Virus record (IMG/VR): IMGVR_UViG_3300042503_000838
Location: 61,843 to 125,842 of that record
Direction: 5' to 3' (one strand)
Length of the DNA: 64,000 bases
Origin: a virus
The notes beneath the pieces are model-generated. The model searched no databases and was not told the DNA's origin. It was given only the letters and a program-made list of their open reading frames with translations. The position numbers were made by a program, and so were the translations under genes. Below, in pieces: positions 9,296 through 19,153 of the stretch (within the stretch, counting starts at the first letter, position 1; each line of letters begins with the position of its first letter).

Positions 9296-9640
9296 TCAGA
9301 CAACTGTCTTGCCAATAAAACCTTGGGGGAGCTGCCCACCAGGGAAGAAGGCAGCATTACCCATGGGGACACCCCCTTGGAACCCACCCATGGCAAGTGG
9401 AAGTTGGGGGCCTGCACCAGGCATGATGCCACGCCGCTTGAGTTCTTCGTTTAGCTGTTGATTTTGTTGCGTGCCGCCCTCGTAAAGACGCTTGAGCTGT
9501 TCGCCAGAACGGCCACCTAATGCACCTGCGCCCTTATTGATGTCAAAGCTGGGGGAACCAGCGACCAAATCGTTTGCATTCCCAACCCCGGCCATATTGC
9601 CTGCGGGAAAACCGTAATCGCCATTATAGTAACGAATCAT
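9296..9640 (-). CDS. hypothetical protein
   Basis: 114-aa Gly-rich ORF in the structural operon. Confidence 0.55.
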   Translation of the reverse strand: MIRYYNGDYGFPAGNMAGVGNANDLVAGSPSFDINKGAGALGGRSGEQLKRLYEGGTQQNQQLNEELKRRGIMPGAGPQLPLAMGGFQGGVPMGNAAFFPGGQLPQGFIGKTVV

Positions 9641-9823
9641 TTAATCCTCCAGTACTTCGTAGCCTGCTATGTCATTCAGTCTACTCAATACAATTCCATT
9701 TCCTTTTAAATTCCACTCGAGAATATCACCCTCTTCCCAGCCAAGTTCTTCTGTTATCTCCTCCGGAAACGAAATGAAAATATCTCCGTTCTCATCTTCT
9801 TGAACTTCAAGGATGTAGCTCAT
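9641..9823 (-). CDS. AbrB/MazE/SpoVT-like DNA-binding protein
   Basis: ISFPEEITEELGWEEGDILEW matches the swapped-hairpin pattern (I.IP..I...LG...GD.L.W). Confidence 0.7.
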   Translation of the reverse strand: MSYILEVQEDENGDIFISFPEEITEELGWEEGDILEWNLKGNGIVLSRLNDIAGYEVLED

Positions 9824-10113
9824 TTTGCCAAAAGCTTTTCCATAAGCTTATCAAGCTTAATATTGATCTGCTTAAAGTTGTCATGCATTTCTTGGATCTC
9901 CCTGAGGAAGTCCACTTTTAAAACGTATTCAAGCGGCATGCGATTGACTTGATTTTCAAGAGAAGTCACTTTATTCTCTTGTGTTATCAACATGTCATGT
10001 AATTGTTTCATGCGCTCATACGAGCGGCCTAATATTTTATTTGCGACCCAAGACCCCCCTGTAAGTGCGGAAATTACCGCTGTCAAACCAAGGGCTAAGT
10101 ACTCTGGTCCCAC
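9820..10113 (-). CDS. small membrane-anchored coiled-coil protein (possible lysis accessory)
   Basis: N-terminal hydrophobic helix followed by heptad coiled-coil. Confidence 0.55.
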   Translation of the reverse strand: MGPEYLALGLTAVISALTGGSWVANKILGRSYERMKQLHDMLITQENKVTSLENQVNRMPLEYVLKVDFLREIQEMHDNFKQINIKLDKLMEKLLAK

Positions 10114-10185
10114 GACTGCAAATGCTTTTTTATTGATTCTAATTCTTAGTAATCAAGATGAAGCTGCCCCTTGCGTGCAAGTCCG

Positions 10186-10632
10186 TTAACAAGCCAAACC
10201 AACTTTATTTAAGCGTTGCTCGTACGTTTTTATGCGATGGCAATTGGCGCATAATACTTGGCATTTTTTTATTTCTTCTTTTAATGCCTCAATATTGGTT
10301 GTATGCATTTTGGCGATATCGCGTGATTTGGTAACAGGGTCTAAATGATCAAAATCAAGGGCAGCATGATGATCCTTGTATCCACATTTTTCGCAACCAC
10401 GTTTTAATTTTTCATTTTTAATAATTTTTGCATTACGTTTTTGTGCTCTTTTTGCGGCATCGCGACAGCTAGTCTCTCTTTTTGCCCATGCCTCCGGACT
10501 GAGCCAATTCATCTGAAATGTTCCGTCTTTATTGATTCTTGATTTACGTCTATATCCCAAAAAAATCCGTCCGTCAAGACCGACTTCACCATACTTCCAG
10601 GGTTTATTTGTTTCAGGATTGACACGTTCCAT
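10186..10632 (-). CDS. HNH endonuclease (free-standing)
   Basis: CEKCG...LDFDHLDP...LCANCHRIKT; AT-rich; directly downstream of terL. Confidence 0.8.
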   Translation of the reverse strand: MERVNPETNKPWKYGEVGLDGRIFLGYRRKSRINKDGTFQMNWLSPEAWAKRETSCRDAAKRAQKRNAKIIKNEKLKRGCEKCGYKDHHAALDFDHLDPVTKSRDIAKMHTTNIEALKEEIKKCQVLCANCHRIKTYEQRLNKVGLAC

Positions 10633-12158
10633 TAATAATCAAGGTGTAGTTGGCCTTTGCGGGCGAGGCCATTGACTAACCATACTAACGCGTCGACCGT
10701 GTCATCGTGACTACTGACACCAAAGTTTGTCAGTTCTTCAAACATGTTTGTGAAGTTACGGTAACGATTGAAGATAATCTTACGATCCTCGAACATGCCA
10801 ATAATGCCACGGAAACGAGCCAATTTATCTGCTCTAAATCCCTTAACTGGATGCCACAGTAAGTTGTAAAGACCTTCGTTGCTTAGGCAGACTCTCTTGA
10901 AGTCCGCCTCCAGGGACGCTTGGTACTGGACTGCTTCCGACCAAATGTCGCAAGTTGAATAAGTCGGAAAGTAATTCCCGTTATCATCGCGACCAAGAAT
11001 AGACCAATCATTGAGTAGCTCTTTCATTGCGTCAAGTTTTTCCAGGTTGCCCATTACGCGAATGCGGCGATAATCAATGATGTGTATACGATCATCAACA
11101 CGACCACCTAGCACCATTACGGTGTAGTCATTCTTTTCCTTGATGCCTGCGGATAGGTCGACACCAATGCCAAGAGCGTCAAATTCAGTTGAGATTTCAG
11201 CTTTAACAATTAGCTCTGGTGCCAGGGAGAGCTCGTTCTGTCTAATAACTTGATTCATGTATTGGAACGAAAAGGCAATTGGCGCCTGCCTTTTCTTTTC
11301 CTTTAGGTAATCAAGGGACCACATCTCAGGCCAATAGGACTCTTCGTCTCCGGTGACGGGATCATTTTGAATTGCAGAGAGAACAATCTGCGTCCAGTTG
11401 TTTTGTTCGTTGAATGTGGTTGCGTGAATGTCATCATGTCGGAAGCGAGTTCCAAGGCAGATGGCCCGTCCACCTTCAAACATGGTTGGTGCAATCACTG
11501 CGTTCCAGTTCTCCTGCATCATTTTTCTGATGTCAGGGTTTGCGATATCCGCCGAACTTTTAATGGCGTCATCAATGCAAACCAGATGACTACGCTTGGA
11601 GGTCACCGAACCTTTGAGGCCTGCAGCGCAGAGCGTGAACTGTTCGTCACCCGTGGTCTCAATACCAGCAAAGCGATGGTCAATTGACCAGTACTCATTA
11701 CTGGTTACGTTCTTGAGAAGACGTACCTTTGGAAATACTTCTTGGTAACGCTTGCTCTCAATGATACGTTTGATTGTTGCCGACTTAGAACGAGCAATGT
11801 CAACCGTATACGACAGATAAAGAATCTGAAGGGGCATCTTGGCTGTGGTATGCACGCCAATTGCCCATGCAGTGAACAACCCCAAGCTTGTGGACTTGGC
11901 GCTACCCCTGGGCGCCAATAAGTCAATATTGGGGCCAGCAACTTTAATCAGGCAGTTACTATCTTCCCCTGTAACGAAATGACGATGCCATTCCTTATGG
12001 TGCTTCGCAGGAGGTTTATCGGCTACATACTCACAAAAAAAGCTGAAATCTTCTCGCGCTAACGCAAGAGAATCTTCGTTTTTTGGTTTTCTAAGTTGTT
12101 GGTTCTTAGCTGCTGCCTTTGCGTTTCGCCTGTGTGTTAAGTGAAGATACGAAGGCAC
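10632..12158 (-). CDS. terL: terminase large subunit
   Basis: Walker A LAPRGSAKST, Walker B VCIDD, nuclease motifs GVDLS and HDDTVDAL. Confidence 0.92.
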   Translation of the reverse strand: MPSYLHLTHRRNAKAAAKNQQLRKPKNEDSLALAREDFSFFCEYVADKPPAKHHKEWHRHFVTGEDSNCLIKVAGPNIDLLAPRGSAKSTSLGLFTAWAIGVHTTAKMPLQILYLSYTVDIARSKSATIKRIIESKRYQEVFPKVRLLKNVTSNEYWSIDHRFAGIETTGDEQFTLCAAGLKGSVTSKRSHLVCIDDAIKSSADIANPDIRKMMQENWNAVIAPTMFEGGRAICLGTRFRHDDIHATTFNEQNNWTQIVLSAIQNDPVTGDEESYWPEMWSLDYLKEKKRQAPIAFSFQYMNQVIRQNELSLAPELIVKAEISTEFDALGIGVDLSAGIKEKNDYTVMVLGGRVDDRIHIIDYRRIRVMGNLEKLDAMKELLNDWSILGRDDNGNYFPTYSTCDIWSEAVQYQASLEADFKRVCLSNEGLYNLLWHPVKGFRADKLARFRGIIGMFEDRKIIFNRYRNFTNMFEELTNFGVSSHDDTVDALVWLVNGLARKGQLHLDY

Positions 12159-12190
12159 GACTAGTATTTAACGTATCTTTAAATACTACC

Positions 12191-12355
12191 CTATTTTTTT
12201 TCTTTCTGCTTTCGCTTTTCGTCCTGGTACTTACGCGCTTTATCTAAAGCAGCCTTGCGTTTTTCCTTGTCTGACATCTCAGACCCATCTTGGTTCTTTG
12301 CTTCTTTTTTCTTGAGGTATTCAAGAAACTGAGGAGGCATCTTACCTTTTGCCAT
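12191..12355 (-). CDS. small Lys-rich basic protein (54 aa)
   Basis: MAKGKMPPQFLEYLKKKEAK...KRKQKEKK read by eye; TGATG coupling to the upstream ORF. Confidence 0.65.
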   Translation of the reverse strand: MAKGKMPPQFLEYLKKKEAKNQDGSEMSDKEKRKAALDKARKYQDEKRKQKEKK

Positions 12356-12657
12356 CAGCGCATACCTTGACGAATACGAGCAATCATCTGCTGGTAGGCA
12401 GGAGATCCTTCAGCTTCTCCTTCAAGAGTACGCATTGCGCGGCCGGGACCAAAAGAAATTCCCGGTGGTGTTCCACGGGTTAAGCCTTCTGATACTGCTG
12501 CGCTACCGGAGATATCCCCTTCTTCCGTCATGGGGCTACCCATGGGTGCAGGAGCCGTTGACAGTGCCTGACGACGACGGCTGACACCTTCGCTAGCCAT
12601 CTGCTGCTGTTGGCGAGCCCTGCCGGCAAGCTGGGTATTATTTGCGTTTGCGCCCAT
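12355..12657 (-). CDS. hypothetical protein
   Basis: 100-aa ORF in the structural operon. Confidence 0.55.
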   Translation of the reverse strand: MGANANNTQLAGRARQQQQMASEGVSRRRQALSTAPAPMGSPMTEEGDISGSAAVSEGLTRGTPPGISFGPGRAMRTLEGEAEGSPAYQQMIARIRQGMR

Positions 12658-12693
12658 GCCTGGTAACTGGATTTAAACCTATCTTAGTACGGA

Positions 12694-13311
12694 CTATTCT
12701 TCTAGTTGCATGCGAGACCACACGCTCATTGACGCTTCTTCCAGGGGGATCTCAATTGGATCATCTTTGAAAATCGAGAGGAGTTCTCGAATAGCACGAT
12801 CTGCACCAGCCATCAAGAGGCCCTTGCGATCTTTATTGGAGGTATAAGTTTCTACTTGTGCAATTGTGCCACGTAATTCTTTTTGCATGGATGCAAGACG
12901 TGCCACGCCTGCATCACGCTTGACGAGACCCTGCTCTACATCTTCGCGTAACTTACGCATATCCTCTTGCATCTCATCGATTTCGTACAAGAGTTTTTTA
13001 CGGTGGTCTGGCTTGACGTAACGGTCCTTAATCCAGAGCTCACACGGAATTGCACTACCTTTGTATCCAAGGAATCTTGAATACAGATAGATTTCAATTG
13101 TTGAGTAGTTATCGGATGCAAAAGAGAGAAATGATTCTTGAGTAGAAGCGTCTAAGTTATCTACCCAAGCGTCAAATATCTCAATATCGATAAGCTCGCT
13201 GGGCCTGGTTGTAGTCTCGCTCTTCGTCCCTCTGCTTGAACTGCTGACCTTGTTCGGCGGAAGTGCGCTGCTCGGTTGCGCCTTTACCGATTGTTTCACG
13301 TTCTTGTTCAC
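12694..13311 (-). CDS. hypothetical helical protein, possible terminase small subunit
   Basis: Upstream of terL with a coiled-coil C-half; likely GTG start at 13311 with GGAG SD 7 nt upstream; TerS identity is positional inference. Confidence 0.45.
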   Translation of the reverse strand: MNKNVKQSVKAQPSSALPPNKVSSSSRGTKSETTTRPSELIDIEIFDAWVDNLDASTQESFLSFASDNYSTIEIYLYSRFLGYKGSAIPCELWIKDRYVKPDHRKKLLYEIDEMQEDMRKLREDVEQGLVKRDAGVARLASMQKELRGTIAQVETYTSNKDRKGLLMAGADRAIRELLSIFKDDPIEIPLEEASMSVWSRMQLEE

Positions 13312-13438
13312 CAGCAGTCTCCATTTTTTTCTTAGAGAATTCGTAAGCAACGCCAGCAGCTTGACGATATTTATCTAGATCAAACCAGTCGTCTTCACTT
13401 GACTGGCCAACCGGAACATCGGCAAAGCTGCTGGTCAT
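13181..13438 (-). CDS. hypothetical virion protein
   Basis: 85-aa ORF; paralogous N-terminal motif shared with 13464..13640. Confidence 0.6.
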   Translation of the reverse strand: MTSSFADVPVGQSSEDDWFDLDKYRQAAGVAYEFSKKKMETAGEQERETIGKGATEQRTSAEQGQQFKQRDEERDYNQAQRAYRY

Positions 13439-13463
13439 GGCTTATAAAGTCTACGAGAAAAAA

Positions 13464-13640
13464 TCAGAAGTTGCTCATCATACTGGCAAGACCTTGGGCA
13501 TAAATATCCCGACGGCTTTCCAGAGATTTTTGACGCTGTTGACGACCCTTGGAACCCTCTAAGCGCTGGAGCAGCTGCTCGAACTTATTAATATCAAAGT
13601 AGTCGTCAGAGTCGGCTTGACCAGTAGGAGTAGAAGCCAT
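13464..13640 (-). CDS. hypothetical virion protein (58 aa)
   Basis: MASTPTGQADSDDYFDINKFEQLLQRLEG... read by eye; TATAAT at 13665-13670. Confidence 0.65.
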   Translation of the reverse strand: MASTPTGQADSDDYFDINKFEQLLQRLEGSKGRQQRQKSLESRRDIYAQGLASMMSNF

Positions 13641-13680
13641 ACATTTAAATCATTAACTGTTTTAATTATACCCGATACAT

Positions 13681-14580
13681 TTACGAGAAATTAAATGCAC
13701 CAACCAATTGTTTGTAAATGTCGCCCTGTGCGCTAATCTTCGCTAACTGCTTAGTGCCTTCATTTTTAAGGGTCTGGGTTTCTTTATCAATCTCACCCTG
13801 AAGGTTGGTTAGGCCAGCACTATACAGGTACTGGCGAGTATCCCTGAGATTTTGCTGCTGTTCTTCAATTTCGGCGGGTGTTCCAGTGAAGCTACTGCCG
13901 AAGTCAGGGGTTGTTACCTTGGTACGGCCAGCTAAATCACCGCCGTATTTAGGCAGCAAGTTCTGTGCAAAAGTAAATGCACGCTTGCCGGTACGCTCAC
14001 CTTTTTCGTCGGTAGTTTGCTTACCGAACATAGTGTCGTAGTAATTATCTAAGTAACTCTGGTTGAACTTCTTTTGATACTCGGAACCTTTTTGAACAGA
14101 CTCCTTAAGATCATTGATATCACGGTAATAACCTTGGTTGAACCGTGATAAAGCAGTGCTTTTCTCTTCTTCTGTAGCTTGGCGGCCAAGAAGTTCTTCA
14201 TAGGTGGCGCCAATACCGGTCTGTAGTTGGCCGGGACGCACCTCTTTCTGGTAGATGTCCGACAGTGAAGAAACATCCGCTTCAGGCGGCGTTAAGTCGT
14301 ATTTAGCAGCGTAATCCCTTAGGCGAGATGCAGCGTCTTGATAACTAAGCAGGCCAGACCTAAGCTCGGATTCAGCTCCAGCCTTTAAGCCCGCATAACC
14401 TGCAGCACCTGCCGCTTTACGTGCATCGGCCTCGCGTTTAGCCTCAGCTCTTTCAGCTGCCGCACGCTGTTCAGCTGCCGATTCACGCTCCTGCTGATAC
14501 TTTAAATAATTCGCAAAAGTATCATCCTTCTGGACTTGAGGAGGTTGATAATTTACGTTAGTTCCGCGTCCGCCACCCAT
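13681..14580 (-). CDS. putative internal virion protein
   Basis: 299-aa helical/coiled-coil ORF in the structural module. Confidence 0.55.
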   Translation of the reverse strand: MGGGRGTNVNYQPPQVQKDDTFANYLKYQQERESAAEQRAAAERAEAKREADARKAAGAAGYAGLKAGAESELRSGLLSYQDAASRLRDYAAKYDLTPPEADVSSLSDIYQKEVRPGQLQTGIGATYEELLGRQATEEEKSTALSRFNQGYYRDINDLKESVQKGSEYQKKFNQSYLDNYYDTMFGKQTTDEKGERTGKRAFTFAQNLLPKYGGDLAGRTKVTTPDFGSSFTGTPAEIEEQQQNLRDTRQYLYSAGLTNLQGEIDKETQTLKNEGTKQLAKISAQGDIYKQLVGAFNFS

Positions 14581-14595
14581 AGTTCAGTACCCTGA

Positions 14596-15093
14596 TTAAA
14601 TAACCATAGAGCTAACATTTGTCGGAGCTTTACGCCCAAACATTGCAGCCATTGGCGCTTCTGCCAGCGCTTGCCCTCTCTTCATAGCTAAAAGATTTTC
14701 AAACCGTTGGGCCTGTTGCCTTTCCGGGCTGATAGCAGCAGATCTTTCTCGCCTTGAAGCCTCTGAACCATAGCCAAAGGCCAGGTCAGCCAGTCGGCCA
14801 CCAAGCTCGGATTCACGTGCTTCTTTTTGACGACCAAACGCCAGATCTTCAGCAGTCTGTCCAAATACCCTGGCACCCAAGCTTTCGCCCAGCTGACCGT
14901 ACATGCCCTCCCTGCTGAGCATTGCATTGGTTTCCAGTGCAGAGTTCTGTGCACGAAGCTGGGCTTCAAGCCCAGAGCGCATAATGTCTTGCTGCCGACG
15001 CTGACCAGCGATCTGAAAAGGAAGGCCAATAAGCCCTAGGCCGGCCGACGCAAGAGGTCCGCCAGCCCCTGACCAAAAATCTGATGCAGCCAT
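14596..15093 (-). CDS. putative internal virion (ejection/pilot-like) protein
   Basis: N-terminal Gly-rich hydrophobic segment plus Gln/Arg coiled-coil. Confidence 0.5.
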   Translation of the reverse strand: MAASDFWSGAGGPLASAGLGLIGLPFQIAGQRRQQDIMRSGLEAQLRAQNSALETNAMLSREGMYGQLGESLGARVFGQTAEDLAFGRQKEARESELGGRLADLAFGYGSEASRRERSAAISPERQQAQRFENLLAMKRGQALAEAPMAAMFGRKAPTNVSSMVI

Positions 15094-15132
15094 ACGTTCG
15101 ACCTATTATTGTTTTTATTTTAATACAGGTAT

Positions 15133-15639
15133 TCAGCCACGCCCAAAATATTGGGTGCTAGGTGCAGCACTGCCAACTGGTTGAATGGTACGTTGAGGGA
15201 ACGTGCGATAGGTCTCGGAAACAATTGCAGGAATGTTTCCGTAAGTACCAAGCATTAATTGCAGGTCCCCGGCGCCGCCAAATGCACTGGCAATTTTATC
15301 TGGCAGCTTGTTAATTTGATTGTACATGGAAGCAATGCCCAGGCTTTCTTTGCCTAGCAGCTGCCTTTCCTTTGCTTGGCGCAACTGACGGGCTTCTTCT
15401 TCGGCTCGTTCTAACGTGTTGGCTGCTCTGTCTTCTCTTCGTGCCTGGGTCAGATAGTTTGTAAGTGTTGCTAGGTCTGACTGAGGGCCCTCGGGAGCAG
15501 GGAAGCCCCCTGGAGTGGCTCCACTACCTGGCGTAAATGCCATATTAATACCAGGGCTTGAAAGATCTACTCCCTTGTCCCAGCCAAACTTGGCGGCGCC
15601 CTTCGTGATATTAGGAGGAACTGTTAGTGCCATGATCAA
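15133..15639 (-). CDS. putative internal virion protein
   Basis: 168-aa ORF with central coiled-coil. Confidence 0.5.
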   Translation of the reverse strand: MIMALTVPPNITKGAAKFGWDKGVDLSSPGINMAFTPGSGATPGGFPAPEGPQSDLATLTNYLTQARREDRAANTLERAEEEARQLRQAKERQLLGKESLGIASMYNQINKLPDKIASAFGGAGDLQLMLGTYGNIPAIVSETYRTFPQRTIQPVGSAAPSTQYFGRG

Positions 15640-16643
15640 CCAAAGCTGATGGACGGAGCGGAGAGAGTTGCGTTTGCATACGGATTATTTGCAATCATGG
15701 TACGCAGGGTGGCACCCGCTTCTGCTTGTGCACCACCAGCTAACTTGAACATGCCTGCTTGACGACCAAGGTTTTGGTAGATTGCACCTTGACTTGCTTG
15801 AAGCTGCTGAGCAGCAATTAAGTTCTGGCGACGTTCGTGATCAGCGATGGGCAGAAGACCCTTTTGTAATTCAATTTGCTTGTTAAGAGCGTAATCCGTA
15901 ATCTCTTTCGTTTTGGCGATATCGTAATTACCCATCGTCTGTGCTTCTTTCAGACGGTTGGCAAGATCGCGTTCAAATTGGTTTTGCTCAAGACCAGCCT
16001 GGTTCAAGGCAATACTTGTACCAGGGACGTACATCGGCGTGCCGCCTACAGGAGCATTAGCACCTGCTTCTACTTTGCCCGTTGCTGCTTTAACTGCACC
16101 TGCTGTTGCTTGTTGAGCTGCACCACCAACCAGGCCAGGAATTAAGAAGCGAGCAGCGAGACCAGCTGCTTTTGCTGCGGGAGGGCCAGCCATCAAACCT
16201 TTTGTTAACGCAGTGGTTGCTGCGTTTGCACCCATGCCTGCAAGCACGCCAACAGGAGCACTGACCGCAGCGCCAAGGGGATCACCGGAAAGCAGCGTAC
16301 CTACTGCACCAAGAGCCGCGCCCGATTTACCACCGGCTGCGCCACGATAAGCACCTGCCTGGTTCTTGAACATACCACCAGGCTTCAACAGTTCTTCCCT
16401 CGCAGACTGCGCAGTTTGGCCAGCCCTGCCTAAAAGATCTTTTCCTTTTTCCTTAAGGCTTGCCATATGAGCCTGAAAGGCATCAGGTTCAGCAGTTTGG
16501 GGTGTAAATTGCGGAGCTTGTTGAGCTTGCGTTTGCGCAAATTTTAAAACACGTTGACCAGTAGCAGGGTCTACCGTGTAGTCAATTGGAACACGTTTTC
16601 CTGTAGCTGGATCTACCGTGTACCCCAATGCTTCAGTGGCCAT
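15636..16643 (-). CDS. putative internal virion (ejection/pilot-like) protein
   Basis: Long Gly/Ala hydrophobic stretches and C-terminal coiled-coil; N-terminal duplicated YTVDPATG motif. Confidence 0.55.
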   Translation of the reverse strand: MATEALGYTVDPATGKRVPIDYTVDPATGQRVLKFAQTQAQQAPQFTPQTAEPDAFQAHMASLKEKGKDLLGRAGQTAQSAREELLKPGGMFKNQAGAYRGAAGGKSGAALGAVGTLLSGDPLGAAVSAPVGVLAGMGANAATTALTKGLMAGPPAAKAAGLAARFLIPGLVGGAAQQATAGAVKAATGKVEAGANAPVGGTPMYVPGTSIALNQAGLEQNQFERDLANRLKEAQTMGNYDIAKTKEITDYALNKQIELQKGLLPIADHERRQNLIAAQQLQASQGAIYQNLGRQAGMFKLAGGAQAEAGATLRTMIANNPYANATLSAPSISFG

Positions 16644-16686
16644 TACTATATTTACCTTTATTTTTAAATTCTATCAGTACCTTAGT

Positions 16687-17673
16687 TTAAGACATTGGCA
16701 GCTGTGTATCTAACTGTTTTGCTGCTAATGCCTGGTTTGTTAACACGCCAAGGATGGCTCCACCTGACGCACCTGCCAAGCCACCGATAACACCACGGCG
16801 ACCTTGCTGTTTAGGTTGGATTGCAGTGTCAATATCAGTGGCTTTGGCTCCAGGGATTAGGTTCAGTTGTTGCGCCTGTGGGGGCCGTGGTGCAGTAGCT
16901 AAACCAATACGTGCCCCAGCGATGCCACCAGCCAACGTTGTTACCGTTGGAATGCTTACGGGATAACCAAAGACACGTGCCTCGGGAACACCCTCTAAGT
17001 TCTCACTTGTCGCCTTGACGGATCCAAGGAGGGCTGGTTCGTTATACAAGAAATTCAGGTAGTTTGCATAACGCCCCTTGGTAAGGCTTGGGATTTCTTC
17101 TTTTGCTTTTTCGTATGCAAGGGGACGACCCTGCCGGCCCTGCATGAAACGCTCAAAAACTTCTGTGGCTGGATCTAACGATTGCGTTGGATCCTCTGGA
17201 TCTGGCCGATTTTGCTTGTAGCCTTTTGGCCGCCCCAGCTCTGCAATATTGGTGGGGTCGTATGCACCGCTCAAAGCAAAAGCAGGAGTTACAACGGAAC
17301 CAATAATGGCTGCTGATGTGTAACGCGGCAATTCACGTTTGGGATCAATTATTTTGGCGGCTGCTTTATCAGCCATTGCAATGGGATGGTTTACAGCCCA
17401 CCATAGGTTTCTTGTTTCCTGGTTGATGATATCTCCTGCTACACGTGCAGTGTATGCACCAAGAAAAGCACCGGGTGTTTCCCTAGCTGAAATACCAGTC
17501 TCTTTGAGGCTCTGCTTGAATTGTTTATCTCTTAACGTGCTAGGAGCGTACTTACCGCCTTCCATGGCCGTTTGACGCATGACCTCGAGGCCAACATCTA
17601 AACCACCCTTGAAACCCTTAACGTTCAGGGAAGGGCCGCCTTTTTGTCCGATGTAAGAAGGAAGGGTAGCCAT
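16687..17673 (-). CDS. putative internal virion protein with Gly-zipper-like C-terminus
   Basis: 328 aa; LAGGIAGARIG and GGLAGASGGAILG segments. Confidence 0.55.
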   Translation of the reverse strand: MATLPSYIGQKGGPSLNVKGFKGGLDVGLEVMRQTAMEGGKYAPSTLRDKQFKQSLKETGISARETPGAFLGAYTARVAGDIINQETRNLWWAVNHPIAMADKAAAKIIDPKRELPRYTSAAIIGSVVTPAFALSGAYDPTNIAELGRPKGYKQNRPDPEDPTQSLDPATEVFERFMQGRQGRPLAYEKAKEEIPSLTKGRYANYLNFLYNEPALLGSVKATSENLEGVPEARVFGYPVSIPTVTTLAGGIAGARIGLATAPRPPQAQQLNLIPGAKATDIDTAIQPKQQGRRGVIGGLAGASGGAILGVLTNQALAAKQLDTQLPMS

Positions 17674-18233
17674 TAGCCTGCGCTCTGTAACATTGCAAGA
17701 GTTTCAGGGGGAAGCGTTACGCCTGGGTAATGGAACGTATGCTCTAAACCTTGCATTTGGAATTGGGTGCCAGGAGATAAAGCCTGTTGTTGGAGGCGGT
17801 TAATATCCTGGCGTTGGGTAGCCTGCTGATAAATTTGCTGTTCTTGAGATATGTTTGTCGGTTCCACGGGATTTTGATTGTTGTACAGCGCACCTCCGGT
17901 GGCTACATCAACGAGTGGCATCGATGCCAAGGATGCGCCAAGGTTCAAGGCTGACTCTGGCCCAGAAGGCATGTAGGGCAGTTCCTTGGTGATTGTCTTA
18001 CCCCCCTTGGTGACGATAGTTGCAGTGCCCGCTGGAGTACCAGGGAACATCTTCCGTGCTGCACCAACAACCGGATAGTTAAGCAGGAAATCCCCTGCGG
18101 CGTATGCAAGACCGGCCACAGGACCTTGCGTCAGTGTGCCGACACCAAAGTTAAGTGCCGCCCCAGGGAGAGCTGCCTTAGCCGCCTGGCGAGACGTTTG
18201 ACTTGTTATTAGTTTACCTAATGCACCTAACAT
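17673..18233 (-). CDS. putative internal virion protein
   Basis: 186-aa ORF with hydrophobic Gly/Ala segments. Confidence 0.5.
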   Translation of the reverse strand: MLGALGKLITSQTSRQAAKAALPGAALNFGVGTLTQGPVAGLAYAAGDFLLNYPVVGAARKMFPGTPAGTATIVTKGGKTITKELPYMPSGPESALNLGASLASMPLVDVATGGALYNNQNPVEPTNISQEQQIYQQATQRQDINRLQQQALSPGTQFQMQGLEHTFHYPGVTLPPETLAMLQSAG

Positions 18234-18252
18234 TGCTCTTGCGCCTATTGTT

Positions 18253-18927
18253 CTATGTTACTCGTGGTTTTCCTTCTGTTTTACCAGGGGAAGCATTTGT
18301 TTCAACACTATTTTCATTTGCTGTAGTTTCTCCTTCCTCTTCTTCTTTCTTTACGGGCATTGACTTGACTACACCTTTGCGATCCAGGAGCTGTGCAATG
18401 GACGGCTTGTCTTCCACTTCATTTTCCGCACGCTTTTCAGCCATGGCCATGATGTAGCCATTGGGATCCGGATTCCTCATGCGAGGCATGGGATTCTTAG
18501 CGATCTTACCAGGATTCAGTGTGGGGCTGAGCTTGTATGCTTCGATCCACTCTGGCTTGAAGTCGGGTTGATCTTGTGGACGTTGAGAGGTACGCGCCCT
18601 CCCTTCTTCAAAGTCGTAATCATTGGGACGGTTGAAACGACCAAGTCCTTCAAATAATTCGTACTCAGGTGTTACCTCTTCATTTGCATCGAAGAACGGC
18701 GCATTGCCTACGAAGTTCAGTGATGGGTTAAGGGTTTGTTTGCGGGTCATCCCGCGCTTGAGCAAGTCAGCAGACTCAAATCTCGATGGGTTCCAGGGAT
18801 AGTCACCTGTCTCCGGTTTAGAGCGGAACAGCTCATCAAAATCAAGACGCTTTGTGATCTGCCCCTGTCTGTTGAAAGGGTTTTGGATGTACCGTCCAAG
18901 GTCAAGGCGAGGATCTTGCGCCATCAA
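18253..18927 (-). CDS. hypothetical protein
   Basis: 224-aa ORF in the structural module. Confidence 0.55.
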   Translation of the reverse strand: MMAQDPRLDLGRYIQNPFNRQGQITKRLDFDELFRSKPETGDYPWNPSRFESADLLKRGMTRKQTLNPSLNFVGNAPFFDANEEVTPEYELFEGLGRFNRPNDYDFEEGRARTSQRPQDQPDFKPEWIEAYKLSPTLNPGKIAKNPMPRMRNPDPNGYIMAMAEKRAENEVEDKPSIAQLLDRKGVVKSMPVKKEEEEGETTANENSVETNASPGKTEGKPRVT

Positions 18928-19151
18928 TCGTTAGCTGCTTTTGTTTTCTTTTTGTTATGTAAGCCTACAAGGGTCTTGCGTAAGTTTGCTTGCTTCACTG
19001 TTTTCTCGTCGTACTTATCAGGGTTGGAAAGTACGTTCTCTTGTAGCTGGGCGGAGGAGATGCCCTTCTTCTTTGCCTTAGCTGTAAAGGCGCCTTCCTT
19101 GATGTCGGCACCTTGGATCCACTTTTTATCTTTCTTTTTTTCTTTAGTCAT
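18924..19151 (-). CDS. small basic protein
   Basis: KKWIQGADIKEGAFTAKAKK...ANLRKTL; Lys-rich. Confidence 0.6.
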   Translation of the reverse strand: MTKEKKKDKKWIQGADIKEGAFTAKAKKKGISSAQLQENVLSNPDKYDEKTVKQANLRKTLVGLHNKKKTKAAND

Positions 19152-19153
19152 GA

